DNA of 64,000 nucleotides from Felis catus (taxonomy: Eukaryota). Shown piece by piece: positions 1-12,301 of this stretch. The stretch spans positions 12,464,001 to 12,528,000 of the forward strand of contig NC_058383.1 of the NCBI RefSeq assembly GCF_018350175.1, read 5' to 3'. Position numbers and translations under genes: made by a program. Position 1 is the first letter of the stretch, and each line of letters starts with the position of its first letter. The notes under the pieces are model-generated. The model ran no database searches, was not told where the DNA came from, and worked only from the letters and a program-made list of their open reading frames with translations.

Positions 1-1274
1 TCTTGAATAGACCACTAAGGTACTACGAAGACACAAATCAGGCTCACGTTTCCTTCAGTTCTCCAAACGAACAAAATAAGTTTGAAAGATAAATATAAAG
101 CCATCATAAAAACAGGCAGTAATCAAAAAACAAAGGGCCACAGCTTATGCCATAATCCTTTTTGAAGATCTAGGAGAAAGTCCTAGGACTTAATGCGTCC
201 TGTAGCCATGTCCCCCCAGAAAGCAGAACAGACTGAAGATGGTCAATAAACAAAAGCCTAGAGTATCTCACAAATCCCTCATTATTTCTAGAGAGGCAGG
301 CTGAGGGATGTGTACCAGTCAGGGGAAAAGATGTAGCAAAAGCTTCAAAATCAGAAGCCCTCCTCCACAATCTCAGTGTCTCACCTTTGCTTTCCCCTGG
401 CGGAGAGGAAAGTTAGAGAGGGAATAAAGAATGATTATAATTGCTCAAAGCTAATTACCTTCAGCAATAACAGGGATTTCGAATTGCAGTAAAGAAAATA
501 AATAAGACAAGCTATCCAGAGGGAGGGAGAAAGTTAGAAGAGGAAGAAACACCGAGAGACCTAGTTTTGTCCCCCTCTTCCCGTGATTTGAAACATGGTG
601 GCTGGAATCCCTGGGTTTCTCCTTCTGTAACTACCACGGGCTGGGAACAGAAGCAAACCGACCCCTAGGGAGGAGGGGTGGGAAGTTTAAGAGAAACACC
701 GGAAACAAATGTCCGTTTCCAGTGGAATTTTAGGACTCTACCTGGAATTAGGAAAATGGCCCGCAGCCCAAGAGTGACTTCCGCGACCACCGTAGGACAA
801 CACTTTTAAACAAAGTTGTGGGAGGGAAAGCAGGAATTGGACCACCCAGCCTAACGCCCACATGCCCAGCTTGTTCTCCAGCACAAGAGCAGAGTCGAGT
901 AATTGTAAGAATGACCCTCCGGCCAGCAAATCTGGCCCTTCACAGAAAAAGATTACTGACTCCTGATCTAAGGCATTCGCAAAACAGAAAACAAAAATAC
1001 GAATGGATGGGTTAAAAGAAAAAAAATAACATAAAATAAATACCCATCTACGATAATATGTAAGACAGGGTGGGCGATTCAATTGAAAGTGTTCCACGGT
1101 CCCTTACTGTTTGAAGAGAAAAGTCACTGGTTCATTTTGGATGTTAAGCTTTTTAAGTATATTGAAATTTTAAGAACAGTGACCAAAAGAATAGAAATAG
1201 AGTGAGATCTTCAAAAATAATAGAGGGGAAACATGAAATTTAAAAATACCATTGATTGCCCCCCCCTAAAAAAT

Positions 1275-1427
1275 GGGGTGCCCGGGTGCCTCGGTCAGTT
1301 GAGCACCCTACTCCTGATTTTGGCTCAGGTCATAGTCCCAGGATCATGGGATCGAGCCCCAACATTCTTTCCCTCTCTGACCCTCTCCCTTGCTCATGCT
1401 CTCTCTCTAAAATAAAAAATAAAAATA
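1275..1427 (+). mobile_element. Short, old Can-SINE (SINEC)
   Basis: Head 'ggggtgcccgggtgcctcggtcagttgagc', (CT)-rich segment, (AAAAAT)n tail. Flanked by near-duplicate 'aaaaataccat(t/c)gat'. Confidence 0.85.
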
Positions 1428-2293
1428 AAAATACCATCGATCCACAAGAAGACAGAAAAAGAAAATCAACAAAGCAGAGAAAAGGCAGATTAAACAGAGA
1501 GTGAAAATGGGCTTCCAGGAAGACATTTAAATATACCCATCATAAATGTACACAGACAGACTAATATTCACCAGCTAATAGACAGAATGTCAGACTTCTT
1601 TTTTGAAAAAAAAAAAAAAACAATGATATGCCAGCATACGAAATGAGAATTAAAAATACAAAAAAAAAATCTGTCATAGCTTACCGATATCGAATGAAAG
1701 AGACTTCAAAGCTAAACCACGCTGTCGTGAATAAAGAGGGTTGCTATCACATTCAAAGGTTTGCTTCACCAGGATAATGCAGCAATTCCATATTTGTCCT
1801 GATTAACAGCACTGCCTCATTTATAAGATTGAAATTAACAGAAATAGAAGAGAAACCGTCAAGGCCATCAATGGAGTGGGAGTGAAATATATCTTTCCTA
1901 GGAAAAAATAAAGCATATAATCAGGGAGCTATAGAAGGTTTGAAGTACACAGTGAACGAGTTTCACCTAATGAATATGTCATGTATATCCCTATAGCAAA
2001 GAGGGAAGTCGTATTCTCAACCACTCATAAAGCATTTATAAGGACTGCAATGCCACAGGTCAGAGAGCTCTTAAGACTTTTCATAGAACTGGCATCAAAT
2101 AGACCACGTTCAGCCAAATCCAATTAAGCTAGAAATCAACAATAAAAAGATAGGTTTAAAACCAACGCATTTGGGCATTTCAGAAACACAGTTCTAAAAA
2201 AAAAAAACCTTTTTGTTGTGGGAATTTCCAAGCATACATATAATCAATCCTCTGTTTGCATCACCACCTTTGATTATCAATGTTTAAACACAT

Positions 2294-2320
2294 GCATACA
2301 CACACACACACACACACACA
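2294..2320. repeat. (CA)n microsatellite
   Basis: Direct reading. Confidence 0.95.
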
Positions 2321-3380
2321 CTCTTTAAAATAGCTCATGGGCCAAGAAATCATCATGGGAGCATGATGGGAACATTTAAATACCTGAGACTAAGCCCTAA
2401 TAAAATCATATACATCAAACGGTGGCATGCGCTAAAGCAATACTCCCAAGGTTAATTTATCATCTTAAATGCTTATATTAGGGAAGAAAAACCCAAAAAG
2501 TAATGATCAAAGCATCATTTAAGGAGTTAGCAACAGAACACAGGATCGACACAGGGGAAGGAGTAGGAAGAAAATAATAATACATACAAAGTAAAATTAA
2601 TGAAGTCTAAAGTAGCTGTAATAGAAAGGATCATCACAGCCAAAAACAGGTTACTTGAAAAGCCTTAAAAAGTAAGCCATCTTTCACTGAGAATACTTAA
2701 GAAAAAGAAGGTACCATATAGTGATTTATCAGGTATAACTCAAAGAGAAAAGACAAAGGTAAACAGAAGGTGTGTTATACATAATAGGGGAATGCTGTAA
2801 ACACGCCGATACCAATCTATATGAAAACAGAAGAAACGGACATTGTTTTGGGAAAACGCTTATCAAAGTTAACGCAAGAAGAAATAGAAGACCTGAATGC
2901 TCCAAAACCACCTAGAGATGGTACCTTATCCAGTAACAAAGAACAAACTCATGGAATAGGTAGGCTTTTCTATTCAGCCTGCATAAAGCCATGGCACCTG
3001 CTCACCAAATGTGGTAACTATTGGGAGACTCAGGGGAACCTACACAACCAGATTCTCCAAACACCAAGCAAACAGGTCCTAGAACTACATGAACCCAACC
3101 CGTAAGTTCTCCAAAACCACCGAGCGAGTCGTGGACATTTAAGGAGCTTCCAGCAAACTCTTTGTGAAAGCCTAGCTTCACATCAAAGACATATCCAAAG
3201 GGAAAGAGGCCATCTGTCAAGTCACCCGGATGAGGAATTAATCCCACCCCCCTGAGTTTTCCTGGAAATCCCAAAGCGGATCTAAAAGTGCCTAAAAGTT
3301 TCCCAAAGAAGATGTGCGACGTACCCCCAACTGACAGGGTTTACGGTTCTCTGAGCTGCAGGTTTGAACCTTCCTTAGGT

Positions 3381-3582
3381 TAAACATTTTCTTTAAGTTT
3401 ATTTTGAGAAAGAGACAGAAAGCACAGGTGGGGCAAGGACAGAAAGAGACAGAGAGAGAGAATCCCAAGGCGGTTCTGCACTGTCAGCACAGAACCCGAC
3501 GTGGGGCTCAAACCCACGAACCTCGAGATCGTGACCTGAGCCGAAGTCGGACGCTTGAATGACTGAGCCACCCAGGTGCCCC
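3381..3582 (-). mobile_element. SINEC (Fc2-like)
   Basis: Reverse-complement SINEC. TSD 'aaccttccttaggt' at 3367-3380 and 3585-3598. Confidence 0.95.
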
Positions 3583-4241
3583 ACAACCTTCCTTAGGTCA
3601 AGTTTGTCGTGGAGAACACTCGCTGTCCCTTCTCTCGGCTCTTAGCTAGATTCTTAAGGAGCCTGTAAGAGTGGCTTTGGGCTGTCAGAACAGAAAGTAA
3701 TTTGCAGCTTTGCAAAGGAGCACACCCAGGCACGCGTGCACACACGAACACCCCACGGCTCCTCTGTCATGTGGAGAAGGAAAGAGCGATCCCCAATTTC
3801 CCAAGGGCGCCTCTGGGTGCTACTTAATCCTGTGGCATCTAGTGATCCGGGGAGTGGACACAGAAGGAAGGAAAAGCAATCGAGCCCTGTGTTTTTCCTG
3901 CCTGACTCCGCCCCATCCACATTTAGCGCAAGCTTATTACCATCATTTGCTTCTCCAGTGAATGCCATTAAACACACCTCCATGCCTGATCTGCTGGGAA
4001 CCTGAAGTGTTGCTTACAAATTACCCGCCTCCCTTGGCCATTAGCGGGCCTGTACGAGCCCCAGTGCGTTCTAACAACCAGAGAGGAACGGCGGAAAAAG
4101 CGAGGGCTCGGAAGGGTCGTGAAGCTGAGGTCTGTGTCCTGCATCACGGTGGTCCCCACCTCACAGTCCAGGATGTGCTTCAGTAAAACTGAATCCTAAC
4201 ATACGACTACCCATGTTTTCGTGGAAAACCCCAGTCCCTTT

Positions 4242-4495
4242 GGGGGCGCCTGGGTGGCTCAATCGGTTAAGCATCGGACTTCGGCTCAGGTCATAATCTC
4301 ACGGTTCATGAGTTCGAGCCCCATGTCGTGCTCTGCGCTGACAGCTCAGAACCTGGAACCTGCCTCGGATTCTCTGTCTCCTTCTCTCTCTGCCCCTTCT
4401 TCGCTTGTGCTCTGTCTCTCTCTCTCTCAAAAATAAATACACACTAAAAAAAAAAAACACACACACACACAAAACAAAAAACAAACAAAAAAAAC
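4242..4495 (+). mobile_element. SINEC_Fc-family SINE
   Basis: 'ggggcgcctgggtggctcaatcggttaagc' head, A-rich tail, TSD 'cccagtccctttg'. Confidence 0.95.
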
Positions 4496-4639
4496 CAACC
4501 CAGTCCCTTTGCCTCACTCACTGTCCCGGATTCAGTTACGCCCTATCCCAGATCCACGATTGCCTTGCCTTCTGTCTGAGGTGGCCCTGGGTGTGGCCAG
4601 AAGTGCCTGCGGTTCTGAAACAAGGTCTCTACTGTTGCT

Positions 4640-5355
4640 GTCATTGCCAGTACAGACCCGGTGCCCATGGCGACAGCTGCTGCTGGTCCCTGATGTCGCG
4701 AGTCAGGTGGCATCCTGCCTCACACCTGTGCCGTGCACCTCGGCTTCCCAGCCGCCGTTCTGGGGCTTTCGCGTGGCCGCTGAGTGCAGGATGCACCCCT
4801 AAGCACCCACACTTAGCCTGAAAATGCAAGGAAAGCTTTGCGCAATGGGACGTGATGTCGGTAAATAAATTCTTCCCCCTTTCTCCTCTTGGCAACGTGG
4901 CCTCTCTGAGGGCTACCTGAGAGCCTGCGGGGTTGCCCTACGGTAAAGCTGTCGTCACTGGGCAACACCCTCTCCTATATTTGCTCCCCACTTTTCCAGC
5001 CCCACTCTTGATCTCTGGGATCGCACTCCCCAATAAAGTGTTCGGACTTCTGCTCTTTTTTTTTTTTATTTTTTTTTAACATTTATTCATTTTTAAGAGT
5101 GAGAGACAGAGTATGAGTGGGGGGAGGGGCAGAGAGAGAGGGAGACACAGAATCCGAAGCAGGCTCCAGGCTCCGAGCTGTCAGCCCAGAGCCCAACGTG
5201 GGGCTCGAACCCACAGACTTCGAGATCATGACCCGAGCCAAAGTCGACGCTCAACCGACTGAGCCACCCAGGCACCACCGGCCTTCTGCTCTTAAACCCT
5301 AGGCTCTGTTTTCTTTGTTTGTTTGTTTGTTTGTTTGTTTTAGGGAACCCAGAAT
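4640..5355 (+). mobile_element. ERVL LTR (LTR16-like), interrupted by a SINE
   Basis: 3' part 'ctgggatcgcactccccaataaag...ctaggctctgttttct...tagggaacccag' matches the recalled LTR16 3' end. The 5' boundary is uncertain. Confidence 0.65.
5055..5277 (-). mobile_element. SINEC_Fc-family SINE inside the LTR16-like element
   Basis: Poly-T followed by reverse SINEC. TSD 'cttctgctctt'. Confidence 0.95.
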
Positions 5356-6654
5356 GGGATGCGATTCTTGAAAAGAAAATGCATTTTCTCCTTTTCTCTT
5401 TGTGCCGCCTCCTTTAGGAACTGAACTCCTGTTCTTTGGCTGTGGGGCTCTAAGCAACCTTGCCTGGTCCCCACCTTGTACTAAATCTATCAAGGCACTG
5501 GCAATTGATTGTGTACGAAACAAACACTCAGCTGCAACTTTTACAAAGGCACTTTCTGCTGGAGGATTTTTCACAGCTCTGTTTTTGTTTTTGTTTTTTC
5601 TTTTTTTTTTTTTCACATAGCCAGAAAGCAAATCCTGACGAATCCAAATCCATTTGCAAGCAAAGGGTGGTTCAATAAAGTCAGAGGCAAGCAAGAGGGA
5701 GAAGGAGCATCTGTCTTCAGGGTGGGTTTCCATCACAGATTAAAGTATGTTAGCATTCAAATATAATAACTTAGTTTCAGACGGTCGGCTGGTTTCTCTC
5801 AACTTCATTGACAAGAAAAAAAAATTAATTGTAAAATTCTGAGTGTTTAAAAGCGATTTCTCTAATCGCACACAAGAGTGATGTTAAAAGGAGATATAAC
5901 GAGAAAATGTAAAATGGTGTTAGTCCACTAGGTATTGTGTTACGCTTCCCATTCCTGGATCAAAAAAAAAAAAAAAAAAAAAAAGGTTTCAAAAAAAAAA
6001 AAAAAGAAAGAAAAGAAAAAACACAAACAATAGGACTATTGTGATGTAGTTTTTCTATTGCTGGTTAAAATGAAACGTTTTTACATGAAATATTCATTGT
6101 TATGTTTTTAAATGCTTAGGATTTTAATTAGCAGAGGGAATGACGGGAGGATTTCATATTCCCTAGTGGCTATTCTGCTACCTTAGACTCTCCCCCTTCA
6201 CAATCGGGAGCAGGGAGATCTTGAAATGCCTGTTGGGGTTTTGAAAAACTACATCTTGAGATGTGAATTTTTCTATTGGAGCATTTCAGCCTTTTCATAA
6301 ACCTCTCTGTTATCTTCTTTTGGAGATGCTAAATATATAGCACAAAGATCGGTTCTAAAATGAAATGTGAAAGGCACCGCAGGCTTTATATAAGCAAGCG
6401 TGTTCGCGCATTGGCCATTCATCCCGCTGAAACACCTGTTTCAGCCACAATTCGAGACTTTTCAAACAGACTTCCTTGGGCATATCAGGTCTCACAAAGA
6501 TGACAACTAAACGAATGTGCTGTCTCGTATTAGATTCTGAATTGGCAGATAGACATATATCCTTCGTTCATTCAGAGGGATGAATAGAAACATTTATGAG
6601 CACTCTTGTCAGTCACCGGGCTAATACATTTTGTATACAGTGTCGCCTCTGATT

Positions 6655-7050
6655 CTGTGCTAGTTAGGGTAACGCTAGCTGCTGTAACAAAGAAACCTCC
6701 AAATCTCAGTGGGCTGTCACACTCTGTCCCCTAATTATCTACAGTAGGTGTCCCCGGTTGACAGGTGGCTTTCCTCCACCTAATGAATCCAGGACCCAGT
6801 TTTTTCTTTGCCATGGCTCTACTGTCTGTGCTACAGGATTCTGGAGTGTTCATCGTCCGGCTGGCAGGCCCAAGAAGAAGTAGGGAAAGCACACCCATCC
6901 CTAATCACTTCAGTTCACACGGAAGACGAATCCAGACATCACCCGGATGCAAGAGAGAGTCCGCAAATGTCGCAGCTGGCTGCATGACCCCTTCCCAGAG
7001 ACGAGTCTACACTGCACAGAGGGAGCACACATTTTAGGGGATAACTAACC
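6655..7050 (-). mobile_element. MaLR LTR (old MLT1 J/K/L-like)
   Basis: Starts 'tgtgctagttagggtaacgctagctgctgtaacaaagaaacctccaaatctcagtgg', a typical MLT1 terminus. Confidence 0.7.
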
Positions 7051-7109
7051 ATCTCCCTTCCTCCCTCTCTCCCTCCTCTCTCCTCCTCCCCCCCACCCAG
7101 AGCTGTGAA

Positions 7110-7255
7110 CCCACAAACAAACCCTATGAATTAGGCATAGTTTTTCCATTTCACTAACGATGAAACAGGCTTTTGCAAATTTCCTAAAGTCTCAGGGTAA
7201 GCGGGTTGGGATAATAACCCAGGTCTATAAGACTCTAAAACCCTGGATTTTTCTA
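7110..7255. mobile_element. MIR fragment
   Basis: Core 'aaccctatgaattaggcatagtttttccatttcactaacgatgaaacaggc'. Confidence 0.6.
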
Positions 7256-8013
7256 ACATATCATGTGACATGTAACAAGTATTTGTACAGCTTTTTCAAT
7301 ATACAAAGCACTTGGGGCTTATTGGGAACTGGTGTGTGAAACAGCACGCCCCCCCCCCCCGGTTTATATAAATAATGTATTTCGCACAATTTTACCCATT
7401 GATTTTGAATGAATTAGTGTATACCCCAGGGGACTTCGAACATTGATATATTTGTTTATTCCTGATGGGGTTTTTTTTCATGTTCATTCTAGACCATAGC
7501 CTATTTTCATAGTATAATTCTTAACATGGCAGAAATTGTTTTAGAAGATGTATAGATTTGGCTGCAATTTCCATGGAGAGCTTACTCATAATTTTTTTCA
7601 ACAACTTTGGCTTGGTTTGTGGTCCACCAAAAATAAAAGCGATACTTGGAACTGCTTCTGCCTGGGTTCAGTAAATTAATGTGGTTAGTTCTGGTTTATA
7701 GTTAAGTTGAATTCTGATTCCTAGTAAAAACAAAGTCTCATTTCAAGTCAAATAGCCTGTTATACGTTTTATTTATTTTTTTTTTTAATTTTGTTTTCAG
7801 CACAGAGCTGTTTCCTCCGTAGGCAGTAAATCTTGGGTCAGATGAAGATTTCTTCTTTCCTGTCACAGTGCCCCCTCCAGCTCTTCCCCTGATGCATTTC
7901 ATGTCTATTTCGCCTTCTACAGTTTAGTTATATTGACTGTTCACGTCATCAAAATGGAGTTTCTGAGTTTGTTTTTGTTTGTGGGGAGCCTCAACTGGGA
8001 AGTAAATGAAGGG

Positions 8014-8583
8014 TGTTCCAGTCACCTATCTCTGCATAACCACCCAGCCTAAAAGCTAGTGACATAAAACAACCATTGTGTTACGTCTGTGGGTTCTGCA
8101 CGTCTGACATTTGAGAAGGACTCTGTGGAGACACTTTGGCTCTGCTCCCTGATGTCTGGGACCTCGGCTTAAAAAGACGCAAAGGCTGGGGGTGAGTTGA
8201 CAGCTAGGGGCTAGACCCATCTGAAGGTCTCCTCGCTCACCTGCTCCATGACTGATACTAACCAGGACCTCAGATGACCTCTTGGCTGGGCCGTCTTTAC
8301 CTGTGGCCTCCCCATGGGTCCTGAGCTTCCTCACGGCGTAATAGCTGGGTGCTAAGTGCAAGTGGCCCAAGAGAACAGGGCAGGATGACCTACTGGACAC
8401 ATCACATGGCATCGTTTCTACCATAGCATTAGTTGGGTGCAATCACAAAGTTCTGCCCAGGTTCAAGCGCAGGGGACATGGACCCCACCACTCAGCAGGA
8501 GGGGGTGGTCAAAGTCACACGGTAAGAAGGTGTGGGGTAGGAGACATGTTGGAGACCATCGTTGGAAGGTACAATCAGCCACA
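8014..8583 (-). mobile_element. MaLR LTR (MLT1F-like)
   Basis: TG...CA bounded, with MLT1F-like motifs 'cacaaagttctgcccaggttcaagcgcaggggacatggaccccacc' and 'tacaatcagccaca'. Confidence 0.75.
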
Positions 8584-9319
8584 GGAGGTTCAGGAGACAA
8601 ACCCAGGAAGGTGGGAGCTGTCACCACATTTCTCTCAGGCTGCTACTACTCAATAAATCACTGCAGGTGTGGCCGGAATCAATGGAGGCCAGACCCGATG
8701 GTAACACATTATTGGACTTTACGAAAGGCTCAGGATTAACCAAACAGAATGACAATACAGAGAAGTTAATTTTATAGACCAGACGTAGCCGTTTACAGAT
8801 GCACAGAGCTGGCCCCTACAGAGCAAGCCCCTCCATTCCAAGCTTCTGGAACGTCAGCCCCCCCACCCTCCCTCCCACGGCAATGCCCAGGCACATGTCC
8901 CCACCACACAAGGTCCAGAAGACAGTTCTCCAAGGCTCGGGTAAAGTCTGGGGTCTCCCTCTCAAAGCTGCCCTCCCTATCCCAGGCTGAATGACGACAG
9001 AAACATCCACTCCTTCAAATGTATGGTCCTGCCTTTCAGTACCGCCCAATGCGTCAGAACACGTTAGTTTGACATTAGTTCATTTCTCAGGGCAGAGTGC
9101 ATTTGATACTGAGTTTACCAGATGTGGGGCCTCCGATGAATGGCCCAGGCTGGGTTTCAGCCATGGTGTTCAGGGTTCTATGAGCTATCCTCCCACAGAA
9201 AGGATGCGAATGTACCTTCCTATGTCTTCTGAGTTTCTCTCCCAATTTCTTGTGAGCAAACGCACGAAAATACACGCACACACAGCTTCCAAGCACATAA
9301 TCACATCTGATACTCGAAA

Positions 9320-9445
9320 TTACCTGTTGGAATAGGTATTACTATCCCCATTTTGCAGGCAAAGAAACTAAGGCTTAGCCAGAGTTAGGAGCCATGCCCA
9401 AACGTCTTTAAACCAGGATTAACAAGCCAATTTCTAAACTCCTTT
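9320..9445. mobile_element. MIR fragment
   Basis: 'aggtattactatccccattttgcaggcaaagaaactaaggcttag'. Confidence 0.7.
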
Positions 9446-10339
9446 GTGTTTTTTGCCTCAGACCGCACTGGCTGCGCGGATTCAGAAATTCTCATTTTGA
9501 ATCTCATACACAGAAGTCAATATTTCCTACCTGATATTAACTCATTCATCATTTCCTTTGCAGAGTCTTTGCTTCGGGTTGTAGGTAGCTCCCCACCACC
9601 GCTCTCCCTCCTCCTTCCCCACCCCTCCCTTTGAGGCCATCAATTTATTTTCGATCATTATCGCTTTGGCTTGAATCTGCACCGGTTTCCTCTAAGTGAT
9701 AGAACACCCTGTATCCCAAAGAGAAATGCCACTATTCTGCAAAGCAAGCCTTTGAGTCTCTTTCTAAAGAGAGTTCCTGCAGTGTGGCAGATTTTAATGA
9801 CCCCCATCTCTCATGCCTGCATTGGGTCACCTGAGCCACACTGCTCAAAATGATCCAGCCATCTCATAATGCAGGCCGTGGCAGACTCAGGCTCACCGCA
9901 GGGTACCCGGCCTAATTCATTACGCCATTCAAAGCCATAAATCACAGGATTCTCCCCCTTCCCTCCCTCCCCTCCCACCAAAACGAGAGCTCACATGAAA
10001 TCTATTTACATGGCATGATTCTTCAATTAATTTTTTCATTACGCTTGCCAGGAAGCATTGCCAGGATTTCTAAAACTGCCCTGTGTGTTTGCATTACTGA
10101 TGACGGTGGCCCGTGCTCCTTAATTTAGCGATTCTGGCCCCTTGGGAGGTCATGCCGAGCCATACGCAGACCGGGGACCAGGGAGGGGGTGGCTGCCTGG
10201 TGAGGAACCTGAGTGCCCGACACGTGTTTAGGATAATCGCAGAGATATTAACAACTCTCCGTGCTATCCCCACGGCCCCATCCCCACTGCAGCGTTCTTC
10301 ACACAGGCGTGGAGCCGTCATCCTTAGCAGCCGAGGTGA

Positions 10340-10900
10340 TTACAGGAGCCCCTGATTGTTCTGTCTCTTTGACCCCTTCCAATCTATCCCCCACGCAGGC
10401 TGCTCTAGTGATCTCTCTCCAATGTGAATCCGACTTGCTCTTACACATCAGTGCTGCCTGGAGGTCCATGGGACAAAGTACAAACTCCCAGCTTGCTCTG
10501 CATGTGACACCCAGCGTGGTCTGGCCTGACCCACCTGGCCGGCTCAGCCCATGCTCCCTAATCCCTCAGCCACATAAATACCTCCGAGGCGCTCACAATT
10601 CCTCAGCAAAACGGGCTCTCCCTGGCACCCTGGCTATTCTTCTGCCTGAGGTGCCTTATATTTCCTGACCACCGCCCCCCGCCCCCGCAACAAATTTGTA
10701 CCCACTGTTTAATACCCAGCTCAAATGTCACTTCTCATGGGAAGTGCTCTCACAAGGCACCAGCAACCTTTTTCTGTGACGTCCATAGCACATTGTACAT
10801 GCCTTTCTCGTAGCCCGGACCTGGGATTTTATTTCTCTTTCCCACCCACGAGTTAGTTAGATCAGAGCCCTGCTCATTATTCCCTGTAGCCCTTCAAGAC
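10340..10900 (-). mobile_element. L2 fragment(s)
   Basis: Motifs 'aagtacaaactccc' and 'cccagctcaaatgtcacttctcatgggaag', typical of L2 3' regions. Confidence 0.6.
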
Positions 10901-11368
10901 AGGGACTCTCAAAATGACAACTTGGGGGGGGGGAGGAAAAGATGATTTGAAATTCACCTAGACCTCTTGAGAAGCCCCAGAACTGATATTTTTAACAGCT
11001 TCCAAAGTTGCTTCTTTTGCTGCTAACTTGGCCAAGTCTGTTGATCTTGAGTTAGAGACCTAGCATCCCAGCACATGCTCTGCCTCAGGAAGTGGTCTAA
11101 TGGTTGTTTCCCGAGTGAATGGAAAAACGTGTGCCTGTTAGGCCGGCAGAATCACAGAGCAGTGCTCTGCCGAGGAAGGCACAGAGCAGTGGCCACCCTT
11201 TCTGTCCCCTGTCCCTTTGAGGCCAACACTGATCTGAAAGGTATCCCGGCGCTGTGAACTGTTAGAAAAGAAGTGGCTGGAATGTGGGTTTGGGTCTCAC
11301 CTAAGTGCACTTTGACTTCTGGCTCTAAGCACAGTGCATCCTGGCTGCCCTTTCCCATGGACTCTGCA

Positions 11369-11550
11369 AGCCACAGTAGGATGGGGGGTTACAACTCTGG
11401 TTACAGAGGATTTAAGGATGCCTCTGGAAACCCAGCCCTGTCTTCCCTTGTTTGGGCCCAGGGAAACCCTTTAGGATCCACCAGCCCCCCCGCCCTACCC
11501 CCCAGGCTGTAACCAGAGTTGTAAACATCACCTCCCATCCTACTGCGGCT
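11369..11550. repeat. Inverted repeat (arms of 38 and 44 bp, 100-bp spacer)
   Basis: 11389-11406 is the exact reverse complement of 11507-11524. 11369-11388 matches the reverse complement of 11531-11550 at 18/20. Confidence 0.9.
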
Positions 11551-11821
11551 AAAGTCAACCCCCCTGGACGGCTTCTGCCCCCTTTCTGGAGCACTGATGC
11601 CTTGGGCGGATCGTCCGTGTTTCCCAAACCGACCTCCCCTCCTGGCTTTCTTAGAGAACGCAGTCTCTAGCACTTAAGTGTCAGACTATCTGACTCCAAA
11701 GGCTATTTCATCAGCCAATCCTTTCTCCAAGTGGTGCCTTCCAGCAGGGCCGGAAGTAAAAGTCCTTGTGTACCTACTCTGCATTTGAATTTGGGAAAAA
11801 CCTGTAAAGAAAAAGTAAGTA

Positions 11822-12301
11822 CGGTGGTCCCCCCCCATCCACAGGGGATACGTTACAAGACCCCCAGTGAGTCCCTGAAACCATATACTATATATACTAT
11901 ATATACTATGGTTTTTTCCTATACACACATACCTAGGGTAAAGTTTAATTCATAAATTAGGCATAGTAAGAGGTTACCAACAAGCACGGATAAAATAGAA
12001 TAATTACAGCAATATGCTAGAACAAAAATTACATCAACGTGGTCTCTCTCTCTCTCTCTCTCTCTCTCAATATATCTGATGATGCTGTATCCACGCTTCT
12101 GGTGATGACGTGAGATGCCAAAATGGTCCCGCGATGAGATGGAGGGAGCGAATGTTGCAGGTGTCCTCGCAGAGCCTTAGGCTACTTACCGACCTTCTGA
12201 GGACGCATCAGAAGGAGGATCATGGGCGTCCTGACTGCAGTTGACTGCGGGTAACTGAAACCACAGAAAGCGAACCCACAGGTAAAGGGTGGGGGGCGGT
12301 G
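11822..12301 (+). mobile_element. Tigger7-derived MER44B-like DNA transposon relic
   Basis: Start 'cggtggtccccccccatccacaggggatacgttacaagacccccagtg' and end 'gcgggtaactgaaaccacagaaagcgaa' match the recalled MER44 consensus. Confidence 0.85.

Larger units (their letters stand above)
860..3350 (+). mobile_element. Old degraded L1 (L1M/L1ME-like): inter-ORF region and ORF2 remnant, interrupted by a SINE and a (CA)n
   Basis: A-rich + strand with L1 ORF2-like stretches such as 'caattaagctagaaatcaacaataaaaaga' and 'ttaaatgcttatattagggaagaa'. The 2821 ORF 'EETDIVLGKRLSKLTQEEIEDLNAP' resembles ORF2 '[26 protein letters not shown]'. Many stops. Confidence 0.8.
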
